Source: a virus
Lineage: Duplodnaviria; Caudoviricetes
Reading direction: 5' to 3' (one strand)
IMG/VR virus record: IMGVR_UViG_3300005662_000121
Coordinates: 1 to 33,421 of that record
DNA: 33,421 bases
Made by a program: the position numbers and the translations under genes. The notes under the pieces were generated by a model. That model saw only the letters and a list, made by a program, of their open reading frames with translations. It did not search any database and had not been told where the DNA came from. Shown one piece after another: positions 14,534 through 24,945 of this stretch (the first letter of the stretch is position 1; each line of letters opens with the position of its first letter).

Positions 14534-14734
14534 TTAATTGTTATAGGTTTGTTTTAAATATTGTTCATTGCTTTTAAATAAATAAAACATATTCCCATCT
14601 TCTCTTGCTGCTACTATCTGCTCTTTTTCTACATTTAATTGACTTTCGCACATATCTATTACTTCAATAGGTATATTAAATTCTAGTTGATATTCTTTTA
14701 ATTCATCTAGTAATTCTTGCATTGCTGTTTTCAT
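14534..14734 (-). CDS. Hypothetical protein, paralog of 8065-8277
   Basis: MKTAMQEL..EKEQIVAA..EQYLKQTYN. Confidence 0.75.
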   Translation of the reverse strand: MKTAMQELLDELKEYQLEFNIPIEVIDMCESQLNVEKEQIVAAREDGNMFYLFKSNEQYLKQTYNN

Positions 14735-14748
14735 AATATTGGTTTTGC

Positions 14749-14756
14749 CAAAATTA
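14749..14756 (-). promoter_or_regulatory. TAnnTTTG promoter box
   Basis: Minus strand TAATTTTG in the gap. Confidence 0.5.
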
Positions 14757-14759
14757 GTA

Positions 14760-15059
14760 CTATTCGGTTACTTCAGCAACTACTTCAGGCGGAACATAAT
14801 CCCCTATGATTGTAAGGTTAAGTTGGTCGCTAGATGCTGCCCAATTCCAACAATACTCATCATCATTACCCCAAGCAGCGTAAGCCTCACCACTCATTGT
14901 TAAATTGCCTTGTGCTACATTAGCTAAATCACTATCTAATAATGAGTAGTAAAACGATGCAGATGAACCTAGCACCCCACCGATAGGGTACATATTAAAG
15001 ATAGTTGCCGTTACTGATTTTCCGTTTATCCAACTTTGGATAGGAGAAATTTGTTTCAT
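14760..15059 (-). CDS. Tail-fibre-associated small protein
   Basis: Position after the fibre gene; GNLTMSGEAYAAWG.DD..W. Confidence 0.6.
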   Translation of the reverse strand: MKQISPIQSWINGKSVTATIFNMYPIGGVLGSSASFYYSLLDSDLANVAQGNLTMSGEAYAAWGNDDEYCWNWAASSDQLNLTIIGDYVPPEVVAEVTE

Positions 15060-15077
15060 ATTTTATATTTTATTTTT

Positions 15078-15566
15078 TTAACAAGAAACAATTGATAAAA
15101 TTACTCCCGATGTGTTAACTTGCAATGATAACGCACCATAAGAATAGTTATATATCCATCTACTTGAACTAAATGTTTTAGCCGTTGTTAATGCTCTATT
15201 TGTGTATAATTGAGCACCAACCGCAAAAGTTGATGAATATAATATTTGGTCTTCTAACCCCATAGGAAGACAACTTGTTACATTTGTACTGCTTATATCA
15301 AAACTTGCTTGTAATATAAAGTCTAATTTAGTTAGGCATTTTGAATTAGATACACCTGTAAAAGTATCATAAAGATTCATTGTGCCATCATTAACATAAA
15401 AGTAAATACCATATGTATTCAAATCTCCAACAGTCATTACCTCTCTTGTATTAGGCGGAGCGGTTGGATAATAACTTCCGTAAAAGCCACCTGTTGTAAC
15501 TCCATCTAAAAATGCCTTAAAAGTTACTAATTGATTGTTAGCGTTACCTGCCCAAGTATCTGCCAT
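15078..15566 (-). CDS. Putative virion/tail-fibre-associated protein
   Basis: T/S/G-rich beta composition, directly after the fibre gene. Confidence 0.6.
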   Translation of the reverse strand: MADTWAGNANNQLVTFKAFLDGVTTGGFYGSYYPTAPPNTREVMTVGDLNTYGIYFYVNDGTMNLYDTFTGVSNSKCLTKLDFILQASFDISSTNVTSCLPMGLEDQILYSSTFAVGAQLYTNRALTTAKTFSSSRWIYNYSYGALSLQVNTSGVILSIVSC

Positions 15567-15567
15567 A

Positions 15568-18500
15568 TTAATTCATTTTAGCTTTTAGTTCTTTAATCTC
15601 TTGCTCCAATGCGTAGATTTTAGCAGTGTGTACCTCACGATAAGATAGGCTTAACATATCATCACTACCTTTTGAAACTGCACTATCTAATATCCCAACA
15701 AAATCTTGAGCATAATAACCTAGTTCAACCTTTCCGTTTTTAGTGTAAAGTTTAGGGGTTATTGATGCAATGCCTTTTGTTTGATAGTTATCTTTGATAA
15801 GTGTTTTTAATCTACTATCGCTGCTCTCAAAAAAGCCCGTTGCAGTCACCGATGAACTAAATGTAGCTGCTCCTGTGGTTGCAAGTGTTAAAGCCTTTGT
15901 TGCTCCTGCAAAAAACCTTAAGTCATTTCCTGCAACTGTATATAAATCATAACCTGTTCCACCATCTCCACTTACTGCACCTCTTTGACCTATAAAAAAT
16001 TTAGCATTTGAACTTTCATCAAATCTTATATAAGGAGTATTTGTTGTTGAATTAAATACTGCATTTAATGACACACTACTAGAGAATGTAGCTGCTCCTG
16101 TGGATGCTATGGTAAGTCTTTTTACTGCTGATGTAACAAATGCTAATGTGTCAGCACTTTCTCTATACATACCTAATCCTGTATCTCCATAAAATCCATA
16201 CGAAGGATATGTTGTATTTCCTGCTACACCTGATATTTGTATTTGTCCTGTAAATGGTTGATAGAAATCACCATTTGTATCAATATATAAACCTGTACCA
16301 AATCTTACTTGACCACTAAACCTTCCTGTACCATTAACATCTAGCTTGTAGCCTGAATCGGTAGTAGTTCCAATAAGAACATTCCCTCCACCACTTTGAA
16401 ATACTAAATTACCCCAAGCAACTGCAGGTTTTAACGAATTAATTACCCCATAATTACCTGCTTCATTGTATCCTATTCTTACTCCATAACCACTTGCAAC
16501 TCCAAATATTGCTTGTTGACTGTCGGTATCTTCATTTGAATAAGTTGGTAAAGCAATATGTAATTTACCTGTCGGTGTAACTCCTAATCCTAAATTGCCT
16601 GAAGTATCTAATAACATTTTACTAGACCCATTAATTGCAAATCCTAAAGAATGATTTGTCCAAGTTCCAATATATCCAATAGTTGAACTTAAATAATTTC
16701 CTAATCCAACAGTACCATTAGTAACATAAGTTTTTAATCCACTATCTGGAACAGTAGTACCTCCAATAATAACATTAGTACCATTATCATATACTAAACT
16801 ATTCCCTATTGTACTTGCACCTGTAAATTTAGGTAAGTAGTTTGTAGTACCTGTTCCTGTTACAGGATTAGTTAAAGCACTTTGATATTGTGGAATATTT
16901 AAAGTGTTTGAACTAAAGGTCGCTGCACCACTTGTTCCTGTTGTTGTTAATGTTATTGTTCCCTGCTTTGAATTAAATGTTGTCCAATCCGCACTTGATA
17001 ATGCACCTCTATTCGCTGCACTCGCAGTAGGTACATTTAAAGTAATTACAGGAGTTGTTGTTGAATTAGCAACACTTGAACTTAAATCCGTTCCACTTGT
17101 TCCTATTGTTAAAGCAGCTACGCTTGTAACTGTTCCTACACCACTACCACCAACTAATGCTATTGTGCCACTTGCGGCAGGGAATGTGTATTGATAAGGT
17201 AAAGTTCCACTAAAATAAAAACTATTTGAATATGTATCAAAGTCAATATTTATACCCTTATTTCCAGAAGCTGAATAAGCAGAAAGTCCAACATAACCTG
17301 CTAAACTTGCTGAAACATTATTTTTTAATATTACCCCACCATCAAACTTTGTAAAAGTAGAAAATGTTTTTGCTCCTGTGATTGTTTCCGTACCTGCTAA
17401 AGTAACATAGCCACTTAATGCAGAACTTGTAATATATCCTGCACCATTTGCTATTTGACTATTGTCAGTTGGTATTGTTATTACCCCTGTCGTTGAATTA
17501 TAAGCACCACTTCCTGCAACGAATGATAAAGCTAATCTTGCCCTTGAATCCGTAAAGTAAAGGTTACCACTTTCAGTAACTTGTGCAGTTGTATAATCAC
17601 CACTCGTTGCTACCACTGCTCCTGTTCTACCGAATACCGAAGTAACAGGATAAGATATGTCGCTAGTTAAAGCTATCGTTCCTGTTCCGTTAGGCAAAGT
17701 AACTGTCCTATTTACACTTAATGTTGGCGGTTGTAATGTTAAGAAAAAGCCTGAATTAGCAAAAGTAATATTGTTAGTTGTTACACTTGATGTCAAAGTA
17801 ACTGCTCCGCTAAATGTTTTAGCACCTGTAATGGTTTGCGTTCCTGCTAACTTAACAACTAAACTATCATCTGCAGGTGTATAACCTAAAGCAGTTGCAA
17901 TTGATTTATTCTCCCATAATGAAGTTGAAGTATTATAAAATAAACCTTGATTGTTAGATGGAGTTTGTGCTGACACATTATGTAACTCATCCATTTCAAA
18001 GCCATTTTGTATCCTTACCTCTACCACCCCTTGAGTTGGGTGCGACCTTGTAACAATAGCCACATACACTAAATGTGCAGGAGCATATTGTTTAACCGAT
18101 GTCCATTGACCTGCAACAGTAGAACTTAAGTAAAGTTGTGTACCATTAGGGTATGCTTGAGTATCTAAATCCATTAAAGAACCGATAACTACTACATAGC
18201 CATTATTCATATTAGTAATGTCCGTTTGAACAACACCATAAGTTTGAGCAGATGTAGCATCACCTGTTGCAATAGCCTTTGTAACTGTTGGTAGGTTGCC
18301 TTGACCACCATTGATATAAACAACTGTTCCCTTTGTTAAGGTTGCTCCTGTGCTATTATAAACCTCCGTAATTAATCTTTGTGCTTCACTAGCAATAGTA
18401 GGGAAAGTAGCTAAACTACCATCACCTCTTATGTATTGTGCAGTTGTTCCTGCTCCAGTTACTGCTAGTGTACCTCCTGCTCCTGTTAATGGTGAGTTGG

Positions 18501-19059
18501 TAACTGTAAATGCACTTGGCATTGTTAATCCAACACTTGTTATTAAAGTAGGGAAGGTTGTTAAGTTTCCTGCTCCGTTTACATATTCAAGGTTTGTTCC
18601 ATTGAAATTAGCAGTTATCGTACCGCTTGTCGTAATTGGAGAAGAACCTATTGTGATTGCACCTCCATTAGTGGATAAGCCAACCGAGGTTACGCTTCCT
18701 GTCGCACCACCTGACCTTTGCCATATTGATCCGCTATAAACTGCTGAGTCACCCACTATAAAAGATATAGGCCCTGCACCGAAGTTAACAGTACCTGCCA
18801 CATTACATAAATAAACATCACCCTGGTTACCTGTGCCATTAGCAAGAGTTGGTGTGTTAGTAGCAGCATTCCAAACTCCCTTGTACTCCATAACCGAGTT
18901 AGGTAGCTGAGATACTAATATCTTTCCGTTAGAGTCAAGCCTAGGTACACCATTAGCCACATCAAAAGCTACAGAACTTAATACTCCACTTGTGCCAATA
19001 ATGACATCTTGTAAATCTCTAACTTTCGCACCTCCAGTAATCTGTATTTGTTGACTCAT
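15568..19059 (-). CDS. Tail fibre / receptor-binding protein with C-terminal peptidase S74 chaperone domain
   Basis: G/T/S-rich modules, VTSVFGRTG motif, SDSRLK..G..AQD..coiled-coil end. Confidence 0.9.
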   Translation of the reverse strand: MSQQIQITGGAKVRDLQDVIIGTSGVLSSVAFDVANGVPRLDSNGKILVSQLPNSVMEYKGVWNAATNTPTLANGTGNQGDVYLCNVAGTVNFGAGPISFIVGDSAVYSGSIWQRSGGATGSVTSVGLSTNGGAITIGSSPITTSGTITANFNGTNLEYVNGAGNLTTFPTLITSVGLTMPSAFTVTNSPLTGAGGTLAVTGAGTTAQYIRGDGSLATFPTIASEAQRLITEVYNSTGATLTKGTVVYINGGQGNLPTVTKAIATGDATSAQTYGVVQTDITNMNNGYVVVIGSLMDLDTQAYPNGTQLYLSSTVAGQWTSVKQYAPAHLVYVAIVTRSHPTQGVVEVRIQNGFEMDELHNVSAQTPSNNQGLFYNTSTSLWENKSIATALGYTPADDSLVVKLAGTQTITGAKTFSGAVTLTSSVTTNNITFANSGFFLTLQPPTLSVNRTVTLPNGTGTIALTSDISYPVTSVFGRTGAVVATSGDYTTAQVTESGNLYFTDSRARLALSFVAGSGAYNSTTGVITIPTDNSQIANGAGYITSSALSGYVTLAGTETITGAKTFSTFTKFDGGVILKNNVSASLAGYVGLSAYSASGNKGINIDFDTYSNSFYFSGTLPYQYTFPAASGTIALVGGSGVGTVTSVAALTIGTSGTDLSSSVANSTTTPVITLNVPTASAANRGALSSADWTTFNSKQGTITLTTTGTSGAATFSSNTLNIPQYQSALTNPVTGTGTTNYLPKFTGASTIGNSLVYDNGTNVIIGGTTVPDSGLKTYVTNGTVGLGNYLSSTIGYIGTWTNHSLGFAINGSSKMLLDTSGNLGLGVTPTGKLHIALPTYSNEDTDSQQAIFGVASGYGVRIGYNEAGNYGVINSLKPAVAWGNLVFQSGGGNVLIGTTTDSGYKLDVNGTGRFSGQVRFGTGLYIDTNGDFYQPFTGQIQISGVAGNTTYPSYGFYGDTGLGMYRESADTLAFVTSAVKRLTIASTGAATFSSSVSLNAVFNSTTNTPYIRFDESSNAKFFIGQRGAVSGDGGTGYDLYTVAGNDLRFFAGATKALTLATTGAATFSSSVTATGFFESSDSRLKTLIKDNYQTKGIASITPKLYTKNGKVELGYYAQDFVGILDSAVSKGSDDMLSLSYREVHTAKIYALEQEIKELKAKMN

Positions 19060-19074
19060 TATATATCTAATTAA

Positions 19075-20253
19075 TTATTTTACAATCATTCTGACAAACT
19101 CATCCACTTCTAATGGTCTTGCCGTTGCAAAGGTAAGAACTCCTGTGGCACTATTAAAGCTAACATTCTCATCCGTTGGTACACCGCTTGTAGCTATCGT
19201 TCTAACCTCTACACCACCTCTTGTAACCGATATACAAGTAGCTCCTATTGCACCTGAGAATGTAACAGTTGTTTCACCACCTGCTGCCGTATAAGAAAAA
19301 CTATTCACGCTTGAAGTTGATATTGTAGAACCTCCGTCTATGACTTGAGTTCCTGTTATTGAATAAGCACCTGTTCCTTGTAATGCCAATGAATAAGTAG
19401 ATGCACCCTCTACAGGAGCACTTAAGCTGATTGATGTGATATTAGCAGTTCCGCTTACTATTGAGTATCCGTAAGTACCACTTGCATCTGCATTGTCATT
19501 ATCTATTGAGAATCTAACATCTATTGAAGCTCTGTTTAATTGCTTCTGCATTAAAGCAAGATAGGAGTAACCACTTAAGGCTATAAACCCATCACAATTA
19601 ACTGTCCATGAAGTAATGTCATTTTTAAACTCCCTAAACCAAGCAGATGTTTGAGAGGTTACTTCTATTTGTTCAGTAGATGCCTCAAATGAGCAACTTG
19701 TAGAAGCTCCCATTGGAGTTCCTAATGGTATAGTTGTAGTTACTTGAGCTACATTACTTGATTGAGTATAAAGGGTAATTTGGTTAGTAGTTATACCTGT
19801 GTAAATAACCTCAATTAAAAGCCTATCTGTGGCACTTATAGTCGTTTGAGTGACTGTCATTGCCGTAGAATATAAGGTCTTTGTTAGGGCTGTAAGAGTG
19901 GTTGCTGAGGATGTAAACAATAAGGTAGCAATACTGCCATTATACTTATATAGTTTATACTGAACTTGAGCACCTGCAAAGGCAGTAGCAATAGAATAAT
20001 AAGCACTAAAAGTCCAAGTACCTGCTGGTATTGTTGTAACACCAGGATCAAGAGCATCCGTAATAAACGAAGCTATTGTACCTGCTCCTGTTTTATTGAA
20101 ATCAACTGAAGTACCTGCCACTTGGCTTCTGCTTAATTCCTTACACACAATACTATCAAAAGTGCCTTGTGCAGTACCTCCATTAAAGTAATAGATAGCG
20201 TTGCTATCATATTCATATAAAACTATGTTCGTTCCGTTTATTACACTTGCCAT
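19075..20253 (-). CDS. Tail-tube-like minor tail protein with an inserted domain
   Basis: Aligns by eye to the major tail protein: NGTNIVL/[insert]/GASTSCSF..SWTVNCDG..TYSLALQGTG. Confidence 0.75.
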   Translation of the reverse strand: MASVINGTNIVLYEYDSNAIYYFNGGTAQGTFDSIVCKELSRSQVAGTSVDFNKTGAGTIASFITDALDPGVTTIPAGTWTFSAYYSIATAFAGAQVQYKLYKYNGSIATLLFTSSATTLTALTKTLYSTAMTVTQTTISATDRLLIEVIYTGITTNQITLYTQSSNVAQVTTTIPLGTPMGASTSCSFEASTEQIEVTSQTSAWFREFKNDITSWTVNCDGFIALSGYSYLALMQKQLNRASIDVRFSIDNDNADASGTYGYSIVSGTANITSISLSAPVEGASTYSLALQGTGAYSITGTQVIDGGSTISTSSVNSFSYTAAGGETTVTFSGAIGATCISVTRGGVEVRTIATSGVPTDENVSFNSATGVLTFATARPLEVDEFVRMIVK

Positions 20254-20269
20254 TTTATTCGTTTATTCT

Positions 20270-22261
20270 TTAATTATAAGGTATTCCATTTACTGTAAAT
20301 ATTGTATTTATTGTACTTGCAATCTCTTCATTAGTAATATCTAGCAATGTTGCTTGAGTTTCACAACCTACAATATCAATAGTCATATTCCCAGTCATAT
20401 ATCTTTTATTCTGAATGTTTATTTGTGCTGCATCGGTATCTAGTATTTTTAGTAGTTTATTAGCTGCAAAACTACCATTACTTGTTGTTATTCCAAATAG
20501 GTTACAATCTACATTAATTAAGTTTCTTCTATAACTATTTATGTATTCTTTCATTATTGTCTGACTTAATCCATCTGTAGGGGTTGTATAAGGGCCATAA
20601 CGATACCATCCTGTTGCAGATACAAAGTTCCCTGATACTAATTGTTGGATAGTTCCATAAGCCATATTTGCTTGTATTCTATTTACACCATCATCATCAT
20701 AAATTGGGTAACCTAATGGCAAATCGACTTCTAATTGGTATTGATTATTTGCATCTACTATTGATGTAGATGATATATCTGTTAATGGAGATTTAAAACT
20801 TAACCCAAATGATCCAATTTTTACATTTGTTGCACAATTAGCAATGTCTTGCGTTAGCATATAAGTAATTGCCAATGTTCCGTTTATAGGTATTGGTGGA
20901 GTAGTTATTGATACTTCGTTTATTTCATCTTTATCAACTGCTACAACTTCATAATAATTATCAAATGGTGCAACTGATGCATTTTGCCAATCTCCATTTA
21001 CATTAATATAAAAAATAGGAGCACCGCTACCAATGCCAGTTAATTGTATTTGTATTTGTCCTCTTACTTTATCAATGCTTTGCTCAAAAAATGTTTGAGT
21101 ATATGTTAAAGTATCATTTTCGGTTACATATCCAACAGGGTTTGTATGGACTTCGGTTAATCCAGTAACTCCTGTTGATGTTCCTAATGTAATATTAAAC
21201 CAATCGCTTGCCTCATAAGGCTTACTAACAATAGATACGCTTCCGCCTGTACCTTGATTAAATGTTTGCCATAAAGTAGGAAATCCACTTGTTAGGCTTT
21301 TAAGATTAAAGTTAGAGATGTAATTAGGAGAATAAGTAATATTATATTTATAACTAAAATTGTTATAGCCTTTTTTAAATAACTTAAACTGATTATTATT
21401 AGTAAAGTAAAGTCCACTTGTATTTCCTGTGTATGCTTGAATCTCACTTAAAGTATTAAATGTACCAGATGTTGCTAGTGTTCCGTCTGCGGTATATTCT
21501 GTGTAATATGTAAATGCAAAGTATGGAGCAGCAGCAAATTCATTTACTGCTACAATATTCCATTTGCCATTAGCTTGGTACAATTTACAACCAAATGACT
21601 TTAATATTTTAGTTAAAATAACTAAACAATTTTCATATGATTCATCATCATTTTGAAAGTAAACAGGCCTTAAATAGCTTTGATTAAATGGTTCGTATTG
21701 TGTTCCATCTCCTCTATTAGACATACCTGATGCAAAATAAGAACAAGCAGTTAATAAGTTTAATCCTACTGGGAAGCCTATTTTAGCTAAAGAATTGTAT
21801 AAAAAGTAAAGTACCGTTTGTGGGCTTAATTTAGTGTTGCCTGCAACATTTGTTTCAGTATATGTAAATGGAATATAATCCAACATTCCTAAACCATCAA
21901 TAGCATTAAATGATAAACTCTTTCTTCCTGTGCTAAACGAATACTGAACATTATCGCTTAATGCCCATCCTTGCCAATATGCACTTCCATCTATCTTTAA
22001 TTTAACTAAATATTTTCTATCGTTTAATGTTGTAAAGTTTGGTATGTTTTCTTGATTATCTGTAACATCTATTGTTATTCCTAATTGACTAGCATAAATA
22101 GGCTCATATATATCATCTGATTTAGGTATATATTGTAATTCAATACTCATTGCTTGATATTCAATTACAGAAGCAACTGCCTCATCAATATACATTTCAA
22201 CAACCGCAATTTTATCATTTTTGGTTGCAGCGGTTATTTGATATTTTAAGTTATATGCCAC
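20270..22261 (-). CDS. Tail tip/hub protein
   Basis: 663 aa, immediately after the tape measure gene. Confidence 0.7.
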   Translation of the reverse strand: MAYNLKYQITAATKNDKIAVVEMYIDEAVASVIEYQAMSIELQYIPKSDDIYEPIYASQLGITIDVTDNQENIPNFTTLNDRKYLVKLKIDGSAYWQGWALSDNVQYSFSTGRKSLSFNAIDGLGMLDYIPFTYTETNVAGNTKLSPQTVLYFLYNSLAKIGFPVGLNLLTACSYFASGMSNRGDGTQYEPFNQSYLRPVYFQNDDESYENCLVILTKILKSFGCKLYQANGKWNIVAVNEFAAAPYFAFTYYTEYTADGTLATSGTFNTLSEIQAYTGNTSGLYFTNNNQFKLFKKGYNNFSYKYNITYSPNYISNFNLKSLTSGFPTLWQTFNQGTGGSVSIVSKPYEASDWFNITLGTSTGVTGLTEVHTNPVGYVTENDTLTYTQTFFEQSIDKVRGQIQIQLTGIGSGAPIFYINVNGDWQNASVAPFDNYYEVVAVDKDEINEVSITTPPIPINGTLAITYMLTQDIANCATNVKIGSFGLSFKSPLTDISSTSIVDANNQYQLEVDLPLGYPIYDDDGVNRIQANMAYGTIQQLVSGNFVSATGWYRYGPYTTPTDGLSQTIMKEYINSYRRNLINVDCNLFGITTSNGSFAANKLLKILDTDAAQINIQNKRYMTGNMTIDIVGCETQATLLDITNEEIASTINTIFTVNGIPYN

Positions 22262-24233
22262 CTCTTCTTAAGTTTAATGATGAATTAGATCGTTGTAAAG
22301 CTAAAACTAAATCATTACCTCTTAACACAAATTCTCCATTACCTCCTCCTCCAATCATTGATTTAAGTTTATCTAATGGTGCAATTACCTCTGGGTTGCT
22401 TTGTGCACCAGGATACTCACCCATCAACCCCATTGTAGGGCCACTAACTATACCACCATTTGCAAATTTAGGTGTGTTGTCTTTGACTAATTTATTTTTA
22501 ATAACCATACCTGTTGCAATAGCTGCTAATCCTATTGGTATTGCTAATCCAGCAAAAGCTCCACCTGTTTCAAATAACTTTTTAATACCTAAAAATACTG
22601 TAGAAATTGAAACTAAATATGTACCAAGTTGAATTAATCCGTCACCTAGCATACTTAAAAACCCATTTAAACTAAAACTTGAACCTGAAAAAACATTACC
22701 TATTTGTTTCCCTAATTCGACTAAAGCACCTGTAGCTAAATCATTAAATGTTTTGTTTATATTCATTTCTAATTGCTCCAACGGATCAATAAGGCCTTCC
22801 ATTGTTCTTTTTAATGAAGCAATTTTATCCTCAAATGCTGCCGTACTTTGCCCTGCTTCTGCTGCTGCTGCTGCTTCTTCTTCTAGTTTGTCTATTGCTC
22901 CTTGAATTGCATTTACTTGTGCTTGATAATTTCCTTTCGTTCCTCTTAATGTTGCAGCTAATTCTGCATCTACCTCTTTTATTCTTTTATTAGCAAATTG
23001 TTCATTTATACTGTTAATTGCAGCAGCTAGTTTGTTTCTAGTAGCTAGAATCATTTGAGCTACTTTTTCATGCTCTTTAGCTTCTTCTTGTCCAAGCTTA
23101 TGCTGCTCCTCTATAAATTTTCTACCCGTTTCTGCTTGTGAATTTAATATTAACTGGTTGTAAGTATCTTTTATGGTTTTTATATACTCATCGCTTTGTC
23201 CTTCCATTTGAGCTCTTTTAACTGCCAAATCTCTTTCCCTTCCTAAAATCTCCTCTTCATAACTAGCAAACATTAACAAGTCATCTTTATAGTATTTTTG
23301 CTTAGCTTGTAATAGTTTAATAGTAGGATCTTCTAATTTAGCCTGTGCTCCACCAGTTTTTGTTGGAACTGCTACCTTTGATAGGTTTGTTATTCTTTCT
23401 GCTAAATCAGCTTCTTTTTGAAGCATCCCATTATATTTCTTAAGAGCTGCGTTTTGTTGATTAATTAACTCAGGATTTCTATAACCACTTTTTAATAAAG
23501 CAATACCAGCCTCCGTTTCATACTTTAATCTTTCTTCAATATTTTTAGTTAGCTGCTCTTCTAGTTTCTTGGCTTTTATAACATTACCAAGATTACCTAC
23601 ATAAGCTAAATAAGAATCATTTAACGCTGATACTGATGTTTTTTCTTTATCTAAATTGCCAAAATATTGAGGATTTATAGAGTTTAATTCTTTTATAATC
23701 TCTTTTCTTTCTAATGCACTTGTATTACTACTTTTATATTGGGCAACCAATAATGCTACCTTGGTAGCCTCTTGTGATACTGATTCTATTGCTTTTTTAT
23801 TAGCAGCTTCAAACTTATTAGTTGTGCTTATAGAATCAAATAAACCCATATTGTAAGCAGTAAAAAATGCTATAATAGCAGAACCTGCTAGATATATAGC
23901 TCCACTCATTCCTGCAAAACCACCAATAAGTGCAGGTAAGTTGTTTTGAATACCTCTAAATCCATACGGCAAATCTTGAATAACTAATGCAAGATTAGTC
24001 CATTGCATATTAGATTTTTTAAGTTGGTTGCCAGTTGTTGCAGCCGCAGCACCTGCTGCATTTTGTGCCGTAGCAAATTGCTTTAAACTAGCAGTCGCAG
24101 CATCAACACTTTGTTTGGTAAACTTTAAATCTAAGTTATTATCTTTTAAATATTGGCTAAGCTTCTTTGCTGATGCAGGAACATTACCTAGATCAAAGTC
24201 AAAGACTATCTTAACCATTTGATTATCTGCCAT
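22251..24233 (-). CDS. Tape measure protein
   Basis: Ala-rich helical protein, IQDLPYGFRGIQNN, hydrophobic segments, FANGGIVSGPT..GE..PEVIAPL. Confidence 0.9.
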   Translation of the reverse strand: MADNQMVKIVFDFDLGNVPASAKKLSQYLKDNNLDLKFTKQSVDAATASLKQFATAQNAAGAAAATTGNQLKKSNMQWTNLALVIQDLPYGFRGIQNNLPALIGGFAGMSGAIYLAGSAIIAFFTAYNMGLFDSISTTNKFEAANKKAIESVSQEATKVALLVAQYKSSNTSALERKEIIKELNSINPQYFGNLDKEKTSVSALNDSYLAYVGNLGNVIKAKKLEEQLTKNIEERLKYETEAGIALLKSGYRNPELINQQNAALKKYNGMLQKEADLAERITNLSKVAVPTKTGGAQAKLEDPTIKLLQAKQKYYKDDLLMFASYEEEILGRERDLAVKRAQMEGQSDEYIKTIKDTYNQLILNSQAETGRKFIEEQHKLGQEEAKEHEKVAQMILATRNKLAAAINSINEQFANKRIKEVDAELAATLRGTKGNYQAQVNAIQGAIDKLEEEAAAAAEAGQSTAAFEDKIASLKRTMEGLIDPLEQLEMNINKTFNDLATGALVELGKQIGNVFSGSSFSLNGFLSMLGDGLIQLGTYLVSISTVFLGIKKLFETGGAFAGLAIPIGLAAIATGMVIKNKLVKDNTPKFANGGIVSGPTMGLMGEYPGAQSNPEVIAPLDKLKSMIGGGGNGEFVLRGNDLVLALQRSNSSLNLRRGGI

Positions 24234-24550
24234 TATCTTATCGGTTTAGCGATTTTATATTTTTCTAAAACTTGTTTAAGCTCATCTTCTGTCATTACCC
24301 TTTGCTTCACAAAGTTACGAGTATCGCAGTCTAATTCAATAAGCTCTTGTGGCTTAACTTTCTTACCTTTTGGTAACTGAATATTGATTAGTAGCGTTGT
24401 TTGCCATCTCGTTCTAATCCACTTCTGTTCTTCCTCATGCCTGTATCCGTACCAAACAAAATCTAATTCAGCCATGGTCATCTCCCAAAACAAATGGGGA
24501 AGCACTTTGCACTCCCCCATTGTATATCTTTCTATGTCAATCCACTCTAA
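24233..24550 (-). CDS. Tail assembly chaperone extension (gpT-like, -1 frameshift product)
   Basis: Frame is open from the A9 run (LEWIDIERYTMGECK..FWEMTMAEL). Confidence 0.75.
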   Translation of the reverse strand, partial: LEWIDIERYTMGECKVLPHLFWEMTMAELDFVWYGYRHEEEQKWIRTRWQTTLLINIQLPKGKKVKPQELIELDCDTRNFVKQRVMTEDELKQVLEKYKIAKPIR

Positions 24551-24918
24551 TTTTTTTTTACTCCATCTTTTTTACTTGACTTTGTTGGCTTATCATCTAT
24601 TCCGCTATTCATACTTTCTGAAAGTGCTGCCATTACCTCTTGGAACTTATTACCTCCCATTCCACCCATATCATCTATCCAATCACACACTTCCATTTCA
24701 GTAAAACTTGGAGTGATTCCTTGAGAATATAATGGATATTCAGCAGCCGATTTCATTAAGTTAACAATAGCATCAAGTGAATCTTTACCACTTAAAGCAT
24801 CTCCTATGTCAGAAGGCCCTATCCCTTGTAATTGACAGAATCTTTTAAGACTCCAAGTACAAAAACGCATCGGTATCTTCTTTCCATCGGAAAGAGTTAA
24901 TTCAAATTGTCCTCTCAT
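24547..24918 (-). CDS. Tail assembly chaperone (gpG-like)
   Basis: Between the major tail and tape measure genes; ends VKKN on GTA AAA AAA AAT TAG. Confidence 0.85.
   Translation of the reverse strand: MRGQFELTLSDGKKIPMRFCTWSLKRFCQLQGIGPSDIGDALSGKDSLDAIVNLMKSAAEYPLYSQGITPSFTEMEVCDWIDDMGGMGGNKFQEVMAALSESMNSGIDDKPTKSSKKDGVKKN
24551..24559 (-). promoter_or_regulatory. Programmed -1 frameshift slippery site
   Basis: A9 run just before the stop; the -1 frame joins the downstream ORF. Confidence 0.8.
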
Positions 24919-24945
24919 ATATTTGGTTTTTTTGGTTTGTTTTTA

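Noticed and set aside
16904-18739. + strand ORFs 16904-17194, 17657-17884 and 18431-18739
   Set aside because: Antisense shadows of the G/T/S-rich tail fibre
15568-19059. Diversity-generating retroelement target
   Set aside because: No reverse transcriptase and no long template/variable repeat pair with adenine-specific mismatches seen
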